From: a virus
Strand: one strand, 5' to 3'
Virus genome (UHGV): UHGV-1558314
DNA: 64,000 nucleotides
Shown piece by piece: positions 62,552-64,000 of the stretch. Both the position numbers and the translations under genes were made by a program. Under the pieces are notes generated by a model. That model ran no database searches, was not told where the DNA came from, and saw only the letters and a list, made by a program, of their open reading frames with translations. Each line of letters begins with the position of its first letter. Position 1 is the first letter of the stretch.

Positions 62552-63448
62552 TTACAGTGTTCCGCAAAGCAATTCACGTAAATCCATGCCGGCTTGTGTA
62601 CTGTACTGAGCAATAAGATTACGTTCTGAATCAGACATACTCCAATAAATCTTATGCAGAGCTCTACGAATAATAGTATGAATGCCAGATGTGCTACAAT
62701 TGAACTTCTTTGCAAGTTCTGCATGAGTTAACAAATCAGCATCGCCAAGGCCATACACATGTGTGAGTACAAGCTTTTCATTTTGAGTGAGTTGTTCAAA
62801 TGCTCTTTGCAGAATCTTTGTGATACGTTTGTGAGCATCTTCGATTTCAAGAACTTCTTGGCCTGTTTTGAAGTCTGACCTCAAATCATTCTGAACTGGT
62901 GACCATGCGTCACCATCTTTGTCAAGTGTAGTGTCATCCTTGCTGATGAATTGCTTGCCTTCAAGAGCTCTTTCATATGCTCCACGAATACCAGTAGATA
63001 ATTGTTGACTTGTCAGATTGAGTTCGTCAAGCACATATTTCTTAATCCAAGGATATGCATATGTGCTAAACTTTGCTTCACGAACTCCTGCAGGCAATAC
63101 GCCTTCTACGTAATTCTTGGCTGCTATTGACAATCCAAGATTGCCTGCTTGAATGACGTCATCAAATGGAACCGAGCGTTTGCCAGATGCGAACCATAAG
63201 CTTCGTGCAACTGATATGACCAATCTTAAACAAGATTTGATAAGAGCTTCACGATTTTCTTGAGTCTTCTTGAATCGAGTAACATCACAATATCGCTTTG
63301 CAGTAGCCAGCGATTTGACTTCTTCAGGAGTAAGCTCATTCTCCATCCTCATTTGCTTGAGCTCTTCCTTTGTGTATAGACGTTCTCTTGTGATTCTACC
63401 TACGTCCTTTACGTAGCCTTGATTGATTTGTGAATTTGAACCTGCCAT
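62552..63448 (-). CDS. sigma-70-family RNA polymerase sigma factor (regions 2 and 4)
   Basis: Region 2: DDVIQAGNLGLSIAAKNY and FSTYAYPWIKKYV; region 4 HTH: LTQNEKLVLTHVYGLGDADLLTHAELAKKFNCSTSGIHTIIRRALHKI. Confidence 0.7.
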   Translation of the reverse strand: MAGSNSQINQGYVKDVGRITRERLYTKEELKQMRMENELTPEEVKSLATAKRYCDVTRFKKTQENREALIKSCLRLVISVARSLWFASGKRSVPFDDVIQAGNLGLSIAAKNYVEGVLPAGVREAKFSTYAYPWIKKYVLDELNLTSQQLSTGIRGAYERALEGKQFISKDDTTLDKDGDAWSPVQNDLRSDFKTGQEVLEIEDAHKRITKILQRAFEQLTQNEKLVLTHVYGLGDADLLTHAELAKKFNCSTSGIHTIIRRALHKIYWSMSDSERNLIAQYSTQAGMDLRELLCGTL

Positions 63449-63581
63449 GGTTGTGTAACTTATTTAGTTTTAATTTGTTATATAAATTTAATCATTTTTT
63501 GTCACATATGAAAATGTTTTGCACATTATTGTCACATAAAGTGTAAAAAAGTTATGAACATTTTGTTAACACATGTAGACA

Positions 63582-64000
63582 TCAAACCATTTCATTCAAC
63601 TTGTCGACGTTCTTTTTAGCGTCTGCACTTTGTACAAATGCATAGACATTATCATAGACTTTGCTAATTGCTGCATCTGTGTAATCATAGAAGCTGTGTC
63701 GAGTTCTTGAAGTTCTGCCACCTTTGATGCCAAGTGATGCTTTGTCAGAATCTGATGGTTTCCAATATGTTCGTCCAAACCCCGTAGATAGAATCATACT
63801 TTCCACGCCAGACCTATCTCGTGGCATAGCATGTTTCAAATGGCAAGTTACAATGAAGTCAGTTGGAAAGTCATCATAGCCAAGCTCACTTGATGCAGGT
63901 TGAATGTCAGTCTTCGTTAAGATAAGATTGCCAATGCTTGCTATGGGTCGAAGTGGGTTTCCTAATAGCAAGTGCCATTCGCCGATGGCGTCGCCCTTCA
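63582..64000 (-). CDS. hypothetical protein, 5' end beyond window; weak calcineurin-like phosphoesterase resemblance
   Basis: Frame is open to the window edge (…KGDAIGEWHLLLGNPLRP…); the listed ORF start at 63971 is a TTG. GD-x-x-G...LLLGN loosely recalls the GD...GNH[DE] metallophosphatase motif. Confidence 0.35.
   Translation of the reverse strand, partial: KGDAIGEWHLLLGNPLRPIASIGNLILTKTDIQPASSELGYDDFPTDFIVTCHLKHAMPRDRSGVESMILSTGFGRTYWKPSDSDKASLGIKGGRTSRTRHSFYDYTDAAISKVYDNVYAFVQSADAKKNVDKLNEMV

Overview
AT-rich, densely coding segment of a large tailed dsDNA phage, with almost every gene on the minus strand. It carries a T4-like DNA metabolism and recombination toolkit: gp32-like SSB, UvsW-like and XPD/DinG-like helicases, a single-polypeptide Mre11-Rad50 fusion, a DexA-like exonuclease, thioredoxin and a sigma-70-family sigma factor. 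A predicted 5-hydroxymethylcytosine pathway is present (gp42-like dCMP hydroxymethylase, dCMP deaminase, ThyA, Tmk-like kinase) next to an expanded set of paralogous putative DNA glycosyltransferases in tandem-duplicated two-gene modules. Structural genes include a gpV/gp5-like spike, three BACON/Ig-like proteins (one 1442 aa) and a tail-fibre-like protein. The most unusual feature is a 3.1 kb cassette at 43588-46721 bounded by about 109 bp near-perfect inverted repeats and forming the only strand switch; four G7 homopolymer tracts sit just upstream of its four inward-facing genes, three of them inside a conserved short leader ORF whose frame is offset by one nucleotide from the downstream gene. 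This looks like a poly-G phase-variable or frameshift-controlled set of alternative fibre or receptor-binding proteins. Other recurring elements are a conserved sigma-70-like promoter family with a TTGTACAA palindrome, a palindromic leader abutting the start codons of the helicase and Mre11-Rad50 genes, and a family of hairpin plus TTTTGTG terminators. All calls rest on reading the sequence and remembered family motifs; no database search was run. The ORF track omits ORFs truncated by the window edges, and two were recovered by hand.
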